Below are positions 32,001 to 45,100 of a stretch of DNA of 64,000 nucleotides, one piece after another. The translations under genes were made by a program, and so were the position numbers. The stretch comes from Octopus vulgaris (taxonomy: Eukaryota), in the NCBI GenBank assembly GCA_951406725.2, contig OX597814.1:165788001-165852000 (forward strand), written 5' to 3'. Each line of letters starts with the position of its first letter. The stretch's first letter is position 1. The notes under the pieces are model-generated. The model was not told the DNA's origin. It did not search any database and saw only the letters and a list, made by a program, of their open reading frames with translations.

Positions 32001-32731
32001 AAAGAAGATGAAAAAGAGAAAAAAATTATAGTGTAGTGAATGAAATGTAAGGTTCATGACTTAGTCATGAGCAATAATGGTAATAAGAAATCAATTTTAA
32101 TTAGGAGCTGAAGCAAGTTCACAGAAACTACACCAGGTAGTTGCTTCTTTTGTTAGGGTATTTGTCATACTAATGTAGGTGGTGATGATATCGTAAATGA
32201 GAACATGACTATGAAACCCTATGGGGAAAGAAATTGGGTGCATTGTTCATTCTGTTCCAACAGAACATTAGCAGCCATTCATTCATCTTCTATCTGCTCT
32301 ACTACACACACCACACAATAATAACTTTACATATTGGCAAAGGGCCAAAAATTTGTAGGAGTGTTGAAAAGTTGACTGAGTTAACTCTAGGATATTAATG
32401 TTATCTATTCTGTTAATAACAATTAAGATAATAATTTCAATTGATTAAGCTCAGGATGACCAGCTTTTGGAGGCACAGTGTACAATTAATTGATCAGGCC
32501 TCAACATATCCAGTATGAGCTTCTGGTATCAATCTCTCTAGGATGAAATGCAAAACAAACTAAAAAAAAGATTTAAACCCAAAACAAAAATGGACAAAAT
32601 TACAAAACAAAATTCTCTAAGGTGTTTTAGGCAGAGAGGTCTGATGCATCAGAGGTCTCTACCCAAATCATACCCCATAAAAATCATAATATAAACTTAG
32701 CATCAGTTTCAGAGTTTTCACTAACAAGATG

Positions 32732-32737
32732 TTTATT
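32732..32737 (-). terminator. Candidate polyadenylation signal of MOV10L1
   Basis: AATAAA on the minus strand about 360 nt after the stop. Confidence 0.3.
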
Positions 32738-33094
32738 GATTCAGGAGAAATGAGAAATGGAGGGTGTGAAAATATGGAGATGGGATTGTGTGCTAAACCA
32801 GTTGTAGAAAATAGTCATTTGTTTCAAGTGAGCAAGAAGGCAGATTTAGGGGTGGGAACTCAGGAGCAACTAAGGTGTCGGCTCACTGGTTACTTATAAA
32901 TAAAATCAATCTTCTATTTACTGTTTGTGTACAAGTGTTTATGTATTATCACAGACCAGTGCATTTCTTTCCAGCTGTTTTAGAAACATACTATTACTTC
33001 ACAAGGTTTTGTTGTGTATATTTATGCATTTCTGTATGTATGTGTGCAACAAAGAAAGTTTCTGAGGTTGACGAACAGGAGGGAGGAAAAATTG

Positions 33095-33193
33095 TCAAGA
33101 ATCACAAGCGGCAGTCACTTTCTCGGGAAGTTCACAGCCAACGTAAGCATCATTCTCTACACAGTACTTCAATAATGTTAACCAATAGAAATC
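33095..33193 (-). CDS. MOV10L1: MOV10L1 terminal coding exon
   Basis: cag|[32 protein letters not shown], stop TGA at 33097-33095. Confidence 0.9.
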   Translation of the reverse strand, partial: DFYWLTLLKYCVENDAYVGCELPEKVTAACDS

Positions 33194-36100
33194 CTGGAAA
33201 ATAAACAAAAAATTTTAATAAATTACAACATTAACAATTTCTAATGCAAGTACAAGGTTATTCTATCCCCACCTCCCTATGAGAAAATATCTGATTGATT
33301 ACTTTGGACCTAAATTTTTACTATCTACTGTATTATTTCTATAGAATGGGCACTGGCTGTTATTGTGGTACAAAGGGATGAAAAGTAATATGGAGTAAAG
33401 TGAATATCAACATTTTCAATAACATTATTCCAGCTCTCTCACCAACAACAAACTAGCAACCTTTTGAATTAAATTACCCAAACCCCCTCAGTCTAGAAAG
33501 GTTCTTCACTTAAAAATGAACATAACAGTGCAATATTACTATCTCTGAGTTTCCACTTAAATGTTGTGCCCATCAGGTAAGAACTGTTTTGTAATTATAT
33601 AATTATAAAATCTTTAGTTCTGAACAAATTCTAAAATTAACATGTATTGAATACCGAGTGAAGTAATATATCTACATAATAAGACACAAGAAATTTTAAA
33701 ATACTCTCCTCTTGCTGTATTCATATGTTTGTCTGTGTATTTAAACATAACCAAATCTTAACAAGTGTGATTCTGTGAAACTCCTTCACGGTCTAATCTT
33801 TACAATCAGGCATCAACCTACAAAACTTCAAGCTGAACATCGATTGACTCAAATGTAGCAATCTTGGAAGGCTAGCAAATGATACAAGCACTGTCTCACT
33901 TTCTTGGACAAGCTAAACTAAAATATTTACAGTAGTGGGGTATAGTTAATAAAATCAACTACAGTATATTACTGGTAACTGAGGAAGCTTCTATATGGTG
34001 GCTCAATCTGCTCAAAACGGGAACCAAAACAACCCCAAATTAAATGCTACTACTTTGTATAATCCTAGACATACTGTATTTAAAAAATAGTTTCAGCTTG
34101 ATTAGGGTGAATGTCGATAATGCCAGATACCAGCTATTATTGTGGTACAAAGGGATAAAAGTAATGTGGAGTAAAGTGAATATCAACATTTTCAATAACA
34201 CTATTCCAGTCTTATCACTTGCATTTTTTTACATCAAAAAATAAAAATTCAGAAATATGCAATTTCATGGGTTGGTAAGCATACTCTGTTCAATGTTGGT
34301 CAAATAACCATCAAATTGTTCTCTATTTTAATGTTGAACAATAACCCTTCTTTCTACACGACTATACCAACATCAGCTTCAAACTGTTTTGTTGCACTAC
34401 TCTCATTAAGAACATGGCTTAGTGTGTTAGAGTGCTGCACTTACAATCATAAAAGTGTAGTTTAAATTCCTGGACCAGGTGTGTTGTGTTCTTGAGCAAA
34501 ACACTCCATTTCATGTGGTTCCAATCCACTGAATAGTAAATGAGTCCCAGTAATAGCTGGGAAGTTAACTCTGTGATAGACCAGCATTCTATTCTATTCA
34601 GTGGGGAGTGTTGTAATTTCAGTCACAACTATGCCATTGAAAGCCAAGTCAAACTCTGACCGTATTAGTGTTAGGTCTCGTGACAGACCTACATACACTT
34701 CCATTATTCATTCATTCATCACTGCAACAAATTAAGTCAGTCTTTGTCCACAACTACATCATTCCAGGACATCCAAACACATGTTGATTTTACAAATATA
34801 TAACAGTGTATTACTTCTGCATATAATTTGACAAAGGAGGATACGGCTTTCAGTTTGAGTTTTGATTGTGAATAAGAGTTGCATGTTAGAGAAGTACATC
34901 ATTAAGAGCTATAGTTTTCCATTTATTCATTGCAGCATACACAGGACTTTTTCCTATTGCTAACAATACAACTTTTAAGGAATATAACTTGCTTTCAGCT
35001 ATGGAGATGCCAATAAATACAGATATGGGCTTTGCTCAGACACACAGGTCAATGACTAGAATAAAATTTAAAGTTTAAACTCATTACTATGTGTTCCACA
35101 CCATAACCTCAGCCATTTACTTACACTAATATCCTCCTCACCATAAAAAAAATACATTCCCTAAATTCTCAAATCTAAGAGAACTGCCAAGTTACTGGAG
35201 ATTCACAAGAGTACAACTAATTATGATATAATAAGAAATCCTTGTGTTTACTTACATGCATCAAGACATAGGGGTTGCCTACAATTATGAGCAGTGCTTG
35301 AGCACGGGTTATGCACACATTGAAACGCTTGGGGTTGCAAAGGAAACCCAAAATGTGGCGCTGATCAAAGTTCATTAGTTCTTCATTGGTACGAACCTAT
35401 GAGGGAATAAAAGTAATTAGAAAGTTGGAATCAAATTCAAAAGCAAAAGATGAGATGTATGATGACGGAGCCTTCACATGGCTGCTCAATCTGTTAGAAA
35501 TAGCAGTCAAACACTTAAATCACACCCTAAAGAGAGACATTAAATAGTATAATCCTATAAACCACTAAAAACTAGGGATGTCATGATTGAGGTGCTTTTT
35601 CTCATGTTTCCTTCCTTGAGGTTGACTTGGAGTTAAACAACAATACAACAACCATCACATGGACTAAACATGAAAGCCTCTATATAGCCACCTGACCTGC
35701 TAGAAATAGCAGTCAAATCTCCCAGATAGAACACAATGTACTTCTATATACCCCTAAAAGGACAGACTGGTTATAGCAAGAATGTCTCAGATGATAAGTT
35801 TGCTTATTAAAGGATGAGTTGGGGCTAAAACAATATCTACCACCACCATTCATATTTTATCCTCTAAATTTGCCAAATTTTTATTATGCTTATCAGAAAA
35901 ATTACTGGAGTTATATTTTTCAAGCAAATCAATCCAAAAATAGGAGTAAATATTAAAAAGAAGTGGTTAGTCCATGAAACAATAATCTTATAGTCATCTC
36001 TTTTACATAGAAAATGTTTTAATGTCAGGTCTCTATCTCAGCTTTTCTTATAAGTTAACATTACACATCCAAAAGGCAACATAAAATATTTTTCTCCACT

Positions 36101-39100
36101 CATTGTAAACCCTCTGCACTTATTGCTCATGGCCCTCTGCCATACAATATCACACTCCTTAGATTTCACATACTTGAAACTTCAACAACCCAACTATCAC
36201 TAACTGTCTTTGGTAAAAAATTATCTCAGTTAGGTAACAGAATTTCAAGCGACCTGTAATAGCATCAGTAATACTTACTGCTGAAACTATTATTGCCTTC
36301 CTTTCTTGGCCTTGGAACTCTTCAACAGAACCAACTTTTACAACATCTCGGCCAAGGTGGGACAATAACATACGAATCTTCTCTACCTGTAATAGCAACA
36401 AAAAGATCACTACAGTAATTCTATGGTTAATTGTAGAAGATAAAACAAACAACAAAAACTATGAAAATATAAAAAAAAAACAAAAAGCAAAATTCAAATA
36501 CAACCAACCACACAGCACTCCACCCAACACACAACCCAGATGGTACTCCACCCAAAATATAGCTCACAAAGCAATCCACCCAACAGATATACCTGACATA
36601 TCTAATAACATATCAGAAACTATAACAGTATCTTCCTACCCCTGATGGAAGTGTGCCATATCCAGTTAGCTGGATATGTGTGCCACTCGTGAAGATTTTG
36701 GTGATAATGTACATCTAACAGAATTCACAAGAACTAGAACAGCTTTAATAGCTTACATACATTGAAAAGCAATTTATTCTAAGTCATTCTGGTTTATATA
36801 TTAGGGAAGTGAACAAGAATACACCTGCTTTGACAAGGTCATCCTACAAAAGCAGTAATATAAACAGTTGCCAGACTTTCAATGCTAACAGTTATAAATT
36901 AAAAATTCCAACTACATACCTGTTTTCTATAAGGAGTAATAATACCAATATCTTCTTCAACCAAATAAGAGCTGTAATCAGCTAAAAGGCCCTGCAAATA
37001 TCTCACTACTTGCACAGTCTCAAAAGGATTAAACCATGAAGGACAGTTGCCTTCCCTCAGATCTTCACCCTAAAAATATAAAAATAAAGTATTAGGTAAA
37101 GCTGAAGCTGAAAGAATTCGTAAATTCTTCAAAGAATCAGATTAAGCATTTATATTAGTTTACCAATTTAATAAAACAAGTTCAAACAGTAGAGCAGATT
37201 ACTTGATGTGTATCAACAAATTAAAAACAGCAGTGTTGAGTAGAGATTTTCTCAAAGGGTAGAATTACCTTGTGGAAGAAAAATTTTTAGCTATTTCAGA
37301 ACACACACATGCTTATGTCCACTACAAAGTGTCAAAACTTTTCAATACACTGACAGAATTCCACTGTAGATTATTTATCTCTTTTATACATCATAAGACC
37401 TCAAAGCATACTTTTATATCCAGACATAGTTTTTTCAATTTATATTGCCATCTGTACCCTGGTCTTCGCTCTATGGAAAAACAGGATTACTCAATCTTTT
37501 CCCCTTAAAAACTGCATCTCTCTAGAATTTCCACCCTGTCTCAATACTACTTTCAACCATTAACAATGAAAATATCCAAACTAAGAAGTGACTTATGTTA
37601 ATCTATTGTAAGTATAAGGCTATAAATATTACCCTTCCTCCCACTTCTCAAAAATAAGAAGAAAATGTACAGCTAAATTTTAGGATCTTACTAATATTTA
37701 ATGTATCAATCCCCAGTTGGTGAAACAAAAGTCAACTCTGGTAGAATTTTTAACTCAAAATAGGTTATTACCAAAACTACACCCAGTATCTAAGAAGCAC
37801 AAAATGTCTTGTCATCTCTTCTACATACATTTTTATTGTTTTGCATCTTATTTTAGTAAGGAATGGTTACAGGAGCAATTATTTTTACAGTTAAATGTCT
37901 TACCAAACTAGAACTTGACTAATTAATAGAGAAAATGAAGTTGAGAATTATGTACCTTGCTTTGAGGGTAATGTTTGAACTTATGGACACTTGATTAGAA
38001 GTCTAAAACCTAAATCTCAGCTGCTGGGTCTCTTTATTTCCAGTTATTAACTCTACACTCACAAATAAGTATGAAATAAATTCAATAAAAAAATACTTAC
38101 CCGAATTCCATGAAAAAGTATTGGCACCGTCTTGTTGGGTAACGACTTCCATCCACAGAGGCTGTGGGTAAGTGTTTTCTCTGCTTTCACCTCCAGTTCA
38201 TTGGCATAGAATAGAACTGATGGTAGCTGCAGCAAAGCAGGATGGGAACGATAGTTGTATATAAGCTTCGTCACCTACAATGAAAATGATGTTAATGAGA
38301 CTATGCTACAGAAGCAAGGCCCTCATGGACCTCTTCCATTTAGAGATTATATTTTAAAAACTTCTAGTAGTCCTAAAATTTTTTACACCATAACTAAGTA
38401 AGTACACAGAGCAAATTTAAGATGAAATTTCATCAGCTATCTTTTTATCTTAGTATAATCTTGATATATTGACACCATAGTATGGAACTGGCCCCACAGA
38501 ACAAACTATAATTGTATCAGGTTAGTTTTACTTGTGACTTGAATCACATGTTTGTGCTTATGAGACATGCAGCACCAGTCCAACCATGAAATCCCTGGCC
38601 TAACATACCTCCCAGGTCTTGGATACTTTAAGTGGGGTTACTTCTGTTGCAAGTATTTGGATCCCTTTGTTATTATCCTACAGATGTTCAGGAAGGACAT
38701 TAGCAATATATTTCTCAATAGCTTTCCCAGACTAGTGAGACAGATGTACTCAGTAACCAACAAAGATAATGAGCCTACTCTTCCTCCCTGACTAACTCCT
38801 TAAAAAACAAAGCCACATATACAATCAGGATTAAACATGATCCCAGTCACATGTAACCCAATCAAATTCATTCTCTTAAACAGACAGCCCAAATCCAAAA
38901 CATAATCACTCACATAATTATGTGTTTTTAAACAATAATAACCATTAACCCAAATATGAGGCACCGATTCTGAGCCAATGTAACACCTTCCAAATTACAT
39001 ACTTCCAGTTCAAACATCTGCTATTCACATGTATCTCAAATATACAGGTTAACCTAGTTCTAATAGCACAAACACAGAACATTTGTGAACACAAAGTTTT

Positions 39101-42100
39101 CCAATCTGGAGCTCTTGGTCCTTACCCACACATCAAAAAAAAAAAACATTGTAAGTTAGATTGTTAGTTCTAACCATGACTGAATTATTTCCTATCCTTC
39201 GTATTCAATTTATACACATCTGCACAAACCAAAGTCTATATTGTTTCTATTCAGAAAGCTTCAGCACCACCTTTCATCAAAACATGGGTTGGATGGGTTT
39301 AAACTCAACAGCTACCAATTTTACAGATTACAAAATAGACAAGCAGAGTAAAATGTCTTGTTCAAGAATATGAAACTCTCCTTGGAAACTAACACTTTAC
39401 TTCTTCATCAAGACATTGCCTTTAGTAAATTGAACAGTAATATATCAAACCATATACTCACCAACATTGGATCAAAGTATCCAGAAGTGACAAATTTGGT
39501 TTCATCTCTGGAATAAAGTTCTAGTCCCATGAGTCTTTCTAAAAAGGAAAGTTCTAAACCATGAGATTTGGCATGAGGAGAATGCAGGATAGGACCAAGT
39601 TGCTCTGGATCTCCAGAAAGAATAGTCTGAAAAATAAAATCAAAGCACAAAACTCTCAATAATCACTTTAGCTTGAATAGAAAGCTAAAATAATTATAGA
39701 TTAATATTCATTTTTCCAGATTGTCAATATTTGGACAGTTCTTCAGGCATATATCTTGCAACACTTTCTCACTCACAATACAGTATCCATTCACATTTTT
39801 AGCCCATAAAGTCGCCAGATATTTAGTTTTGTCATTTCAATTACAAACATCTCTCATGATCAAATCAAATAACCAATCAATTATGCTCGTCATTACAAAG
39901 AAAAGTTGTGATAAACACCTTTTTTTTGTTTCAGTCATTAGACTGACTATACTAGAGGTTTTAGTTGATTATGTCAACCCCAGTACTGTCTAATGCTTAT
40001 TTTTGAACAACCTCAAAAGGATGAAAGGCAAAGTCAACTTAGGTGAGTACAGACAGAAATCAAATACCACAAGGTATTTTTTTATCCAACTTAACAGCCA
40101 TATTTGATTATTTAGCATGGAAGTTGTAGCTCAGATATGTTTTGTTAAATCTCAGTATTCTAATTAAAGCTATAAAAAAAGAATTTGTTTAAGAAGCTTA
40201 CATGAATAACTATTATTACATAATAAATAACTTAGGTATATGTAATTAGGTATATATAACAGCAGGAAAAAGATAACTTGTATTTTTCAATATCTAAAGA
40301 TTTGAAAACAAATTCTGCCTTGTAGTCAATTAATCAGCCCTAAACTATCTTCACTGGTTCAACATAAGCCAAAAACCATTAAGTTGCTTTTATGAAATGC
40401 CATACAGTCAACCAATCACCACTCACCTGTCCATCTGTTCCAGCTACTAGTCCAACTGGTATTAAACATTCTGGTTCTGTTGCTTGCCCAGCCTAGTAAA
40501 AGAAAGAAACAAAGAAGTTATTACAGAAATATATCTAATGAAACAGATTTTCAATCCAGTTTTCCACGCTAGTATAGGAGGATGTAAATTTTGATATTTC
40601 TTTGTGAATTATTAGGGTTGATATTTTTACAGAGAGTCAAAACTGGTCGAATGCTGGACAACTGTGTGGTATTGTGTCCATGACCAAAATGGTTAACTGT
40701 TGACAGACCATTCCACTTAGCTCTAGCTGGAAAGATTCATGATTATAAATAAAACAGTAAAATTAATGAGTATTTCCTTGAGCTCACATCCTTCTATGAA
40801 ATGGTACCACTGAAGCATCAATACAGTAAATTTAATCACTACCATTCCTGAGTAGAATCAACATGTTTTACAGTTGGATACCACTCTTACTACTAGCTTC
40901 AACAAATTTCAGCTCAGCAACTTTAAATACTTGTTCCTCAATGAATACTTTGTTACAGTTTGTAGAATAACATCTTCACTTAATTGCTTTGGTACAGAAA
41001 CCATCTTTTAATTTTAGACTTAAAAGATTAGATGACAGGAAGGTCATCTAGTTACAAAAATTAAATGCTTGTACTTTATATTCATGAAAATGTATCATCT
41101 CTTCACAAGTCATTGGGTCCCTAAGGATCATTTTCAAGGTAGTATCAGGAGAATAAGTCAGCCATCCCTTTGCAGGCTTCTGACAACAACCAGAAATCCT
41201 ATGTACAAGTAAAATGAAATGAAACAGCTCAATTAAAAAGTGAATAATCATCTCTGACTTGGTCTAACAGGAGCTTATTACCATTCTATTGCACATATAC
41301 AGTAAAACTACAGTTTAACTCATACAAAAACAGAATCTTAAAAGAATTAGAGATAAAAAAGGAGAAAAGCTCTCACCTCATCAATAAAAACATGAGTAAA
41401 ATGACCAGGCTTTAATCCATAAGTATACAAAATGCCTGAATTCACACAAGTAGAGATAATAATTCGATAATGTACAACAATATCAAGATTGTTTCCAGAA
41501 GAACAATATGGCCGAATTTTATCTGGTATATTCTGAAAAAGAGAGAAAATAGGCACCATTAATGATTCATGTTTATTTTACAATCTGATAATTAAGGTTA
41601 ACAAAACACCAAGAATTATATACCAAAAAAGTTTTATTGTGATCTAGGCACTATCCTGCGTTCTATAGGTTTTAATTTGCTAGGTAACTATCTTTAGCTA
41701 CTATAGAAATGCTACAAATTGGAAAAATTTAAGAACTAAAACTTGTTAATATTACCATTCTCAGTATTGTGTCATGGCAGATGCTTCACCCTTTCATTCA
41801 AATCACTTCAAACTGTATTTGCCAATGTAAAATTTCCATTATCCCTAAACAGATCGCTAGTCTACTTACATTGTTGTTAGAGGTTCTTTAGTCCAAATAA
41901 CTTTGATGCAAGTAAATCTATATCATTTCCATATAGATGCAACTGTAGTCATTCCATAAAACATCAAACAAAGCGCTTACCAAGTTTTAGTGCGATAACA
42001 TTTCCTAGCTCTAGACACCATGTATCTAGAGTTTGGAAATATCAAATGGCAATTACAGAACACAACTTTAAAATACACATATAACACTTGCCTACAAGCT

Positions 42101-45100
42101 TTACAAAATATATACTTTACCCCATCTAAAAGGACCCAACACTTTACAGAACATTGAAAGAGTCTCTATGAAGTTGCAATTTCACTTATAACAATGGCCA
42201 ATCACACCCTAACATCTTAAAAAAGGAAGGGTACATTGGACAATGATATGCAATACATTGATATACAATAGAAAACAGAGAAGTGAAAACTGAAATCCCT
42301 TTGGTGATAGGTATGCTTAATCAGAAGTTGAGCAACTGAACACCTTAGTTTGTACACACCACTGACCCCAACCTTGCAAGATACATGCATACCTTACTTT
42401 AACAAAGTCTAAAGTCAATTCTAGACTGCTCACTATAAATGAATCTCACTTAAAGGCTCCTCTCCAGACACCATTCCATCCACTTTCAGCAATCCTAATT
42501 TGTAATTTAGTTGTTACTTACATCTTCATTCCTCTGGAAAGCATTCAGCCGTACCATGTCAGTTAACTTCAAAACACCACTTTTGTGAAGCCTTTCAGCC
42601 TGCAAGAGAAATATTGTTTAGCAACAGGTTAATAGCAATAACTTGTTCAAACTGTACAGACTGTTAGGAAAAGCACACTATTGCAGCTAACACCAAAGAG
42701 GAAAGAATTACATTAGTCTGATAATTCCTAGCAAAACTAAATATTCTGAGATTTTAGGATAAACCATTAAACAAGATGTCTTCATTTTACATTAGCTTTC
42801 TATGCTGGTATAGGTTGTATGAGTCATCATAGTCCAAATCATTTCTAATTCAGCATTACCGCCCTCCCAGGAAGATCAGAGGACCTTATCTTACTTGTAA
42901 ATTTTATTTTTGGTTTGGTTTCTACAACTGGCGTCGGTGGCACGTGTAAAAAGATTTGAGCGAGGTCATTGCCAGTACCGCCTGACAGGCCCCCATGCAG
43001 ATGGCACATAAAAAGCACCCACTACACTCTCGGAGTGGTTGGCGTTAGGAAGGGCATCCAGCTGTAGAAACTCTGCCAGATCAAGACTGGAGCCTGGTGC
43101 AGCCATCTGGTTGCCAGCCCCCAGTCAAAACCGTCCAACCCATGCTAGCATGGAAAATGGACATTAAACGATGATGATGATACTCTGCGTAACACCAACC
43201 ATTTTATGGAGTGTATAGAGTACATTTTACCATGGCACCAGCACACAGGAGATTATCATGTCCTTGATATACTACAAGGTCCCCTCGATCCAATGACTTC
43301 TTTGCTCATTTGCCAACTGCTTTCCAAAATGTACTCACTGCATTTTTATTGTGGCATCAGGACTAGTGAGATTGTTTTATATCCCATAAGACTAAAGAGT
43401 TATATTTCCATAACCAAGACAATAAATAGAAGAGAGGGCAATGACAAAAGAACTAAGATGGGTAAAAGAATAAGAGTGTGACTGTAGAAATAGAATAATG
43501 GTTAGAAATAGAGGTGGACAATGTTAAGACAAAGTGATACATGTGAATAACAAAGGGTTTCAGGAAGAGGAGTGATGACCGACAGAACAGAATATTCAAT
43601 GCAACCCTTTATACAGAGTCCCAATGATAGGTAAGAGAGATAGAGTGTGTGATAAGGATGGTGATGGAGGGTATTGAGTAGGAATAGGTTCAATACCATC
43701 CCTCATTACAAGAGTGACATGGTGCAGTGAATAGGAAAGAGGCTGACTATCAGAGAGATAAGAGGATCAAGCAGCATGGAACAGGAGATCCACTGCCATC
43801 CTTAGATGTATAGGGAGCATAATAGTGTGAATAGAAGAACATGAGTAAAGAGCGAGAAGAGGGTATCAAAGAGACAGCTGAGGCAGCAGGCATAAACTTA
43901 ACAGAGAAATACAGGGTAAGAGAATTAAAAGTTAGATTATATGCCTCAACTTTCATTATTACCACTATTTTTAACATTTGTTTTGCTATGCTTGCACAAA
44001 CAGGTGATTGATGGAAGAACTTGGTAGCTGGCATGTAATCATTGCAGTGTAGGTGTGTTGTATGGGGCTGCAGTGTGACTATCTATATATATCATATAGT
44101 TTTGATGTTCTACAGTTGTTCTGAGAGACAAAACTAGCTATATGAGCAAGGTGTTCTAACAAGAGATACGTATGAACAGGATGTTTACAAATGGGCGCAG
44201 GAGTGGCTGTGTGGTAAGTAGCTTGCATACCAACCACATGGTTCCGGGTTCAGTCCCACTGTATGGCACCTTGGGCAAGTGTCTTCTACTATAGCCTCGA
44301 GCGACCAAAGCCTTGTGAGTGGATTTGGTAGATGGAAACTGAAAGAAGCCTGTCATATCTTTGGGATTGTGTGTGTGTGTATGTTTGTGTGTCTGTGTTT
44401 GTCCTCCCAACATCTCTTGACAACCAATGGTGGTGTGTTTACGTCCCTGTAACTTAGTGGTTCGGCATAAGAGACCGATGGAATAAGTACTAGGCTTACA
44501 AAGAATAAGCCCTTGGGTCGATTTGCTTGACTAAAGGTGGTGCTCCAGCATGACCACAGTCAAATGACTGAAACAAGTAAAAGAGTAAATATTTACTGAC
44601 AGAAAGTGAGCATAAAATCATAATTTCTATGATAGCTAATGATCTCTGTTGCAGATAACAGAACAGAGTTAACCCTATATCAAAGCAGAAAAACATTATG
44701 CTAGTATCATATTATATCTGAGAACAAATCATATTATAAAAGCAATGGAGACATAGTATTCAATATGAAAACAAATCCTCTACCTAAAAAATACCACTTA
44801 CCAGGAGGTCAGCAGCACTATTGGATGGTGCACAAGCCAGAATACGACTGCCAGGAAGTTTGGTTAAGATTTGAAGGATAGTTTCAACAAGAGTTATTGT
44901 CTTCCCAGTACCTATAAAGAACAAAATTTGATATAATTTGATATACTGCTCTCTTTGTAAAGCTAGATACATTGTTCCCAAGTGACAAAATCAAAACAAT
45001 AACATCAACTATAGGAAGGACAGTCTAAAATAAAAGCAACTATATAAAGAAACAAGAAATGTATGTTAAGCCAATCTTTGATTCTATTACAACAGACACA

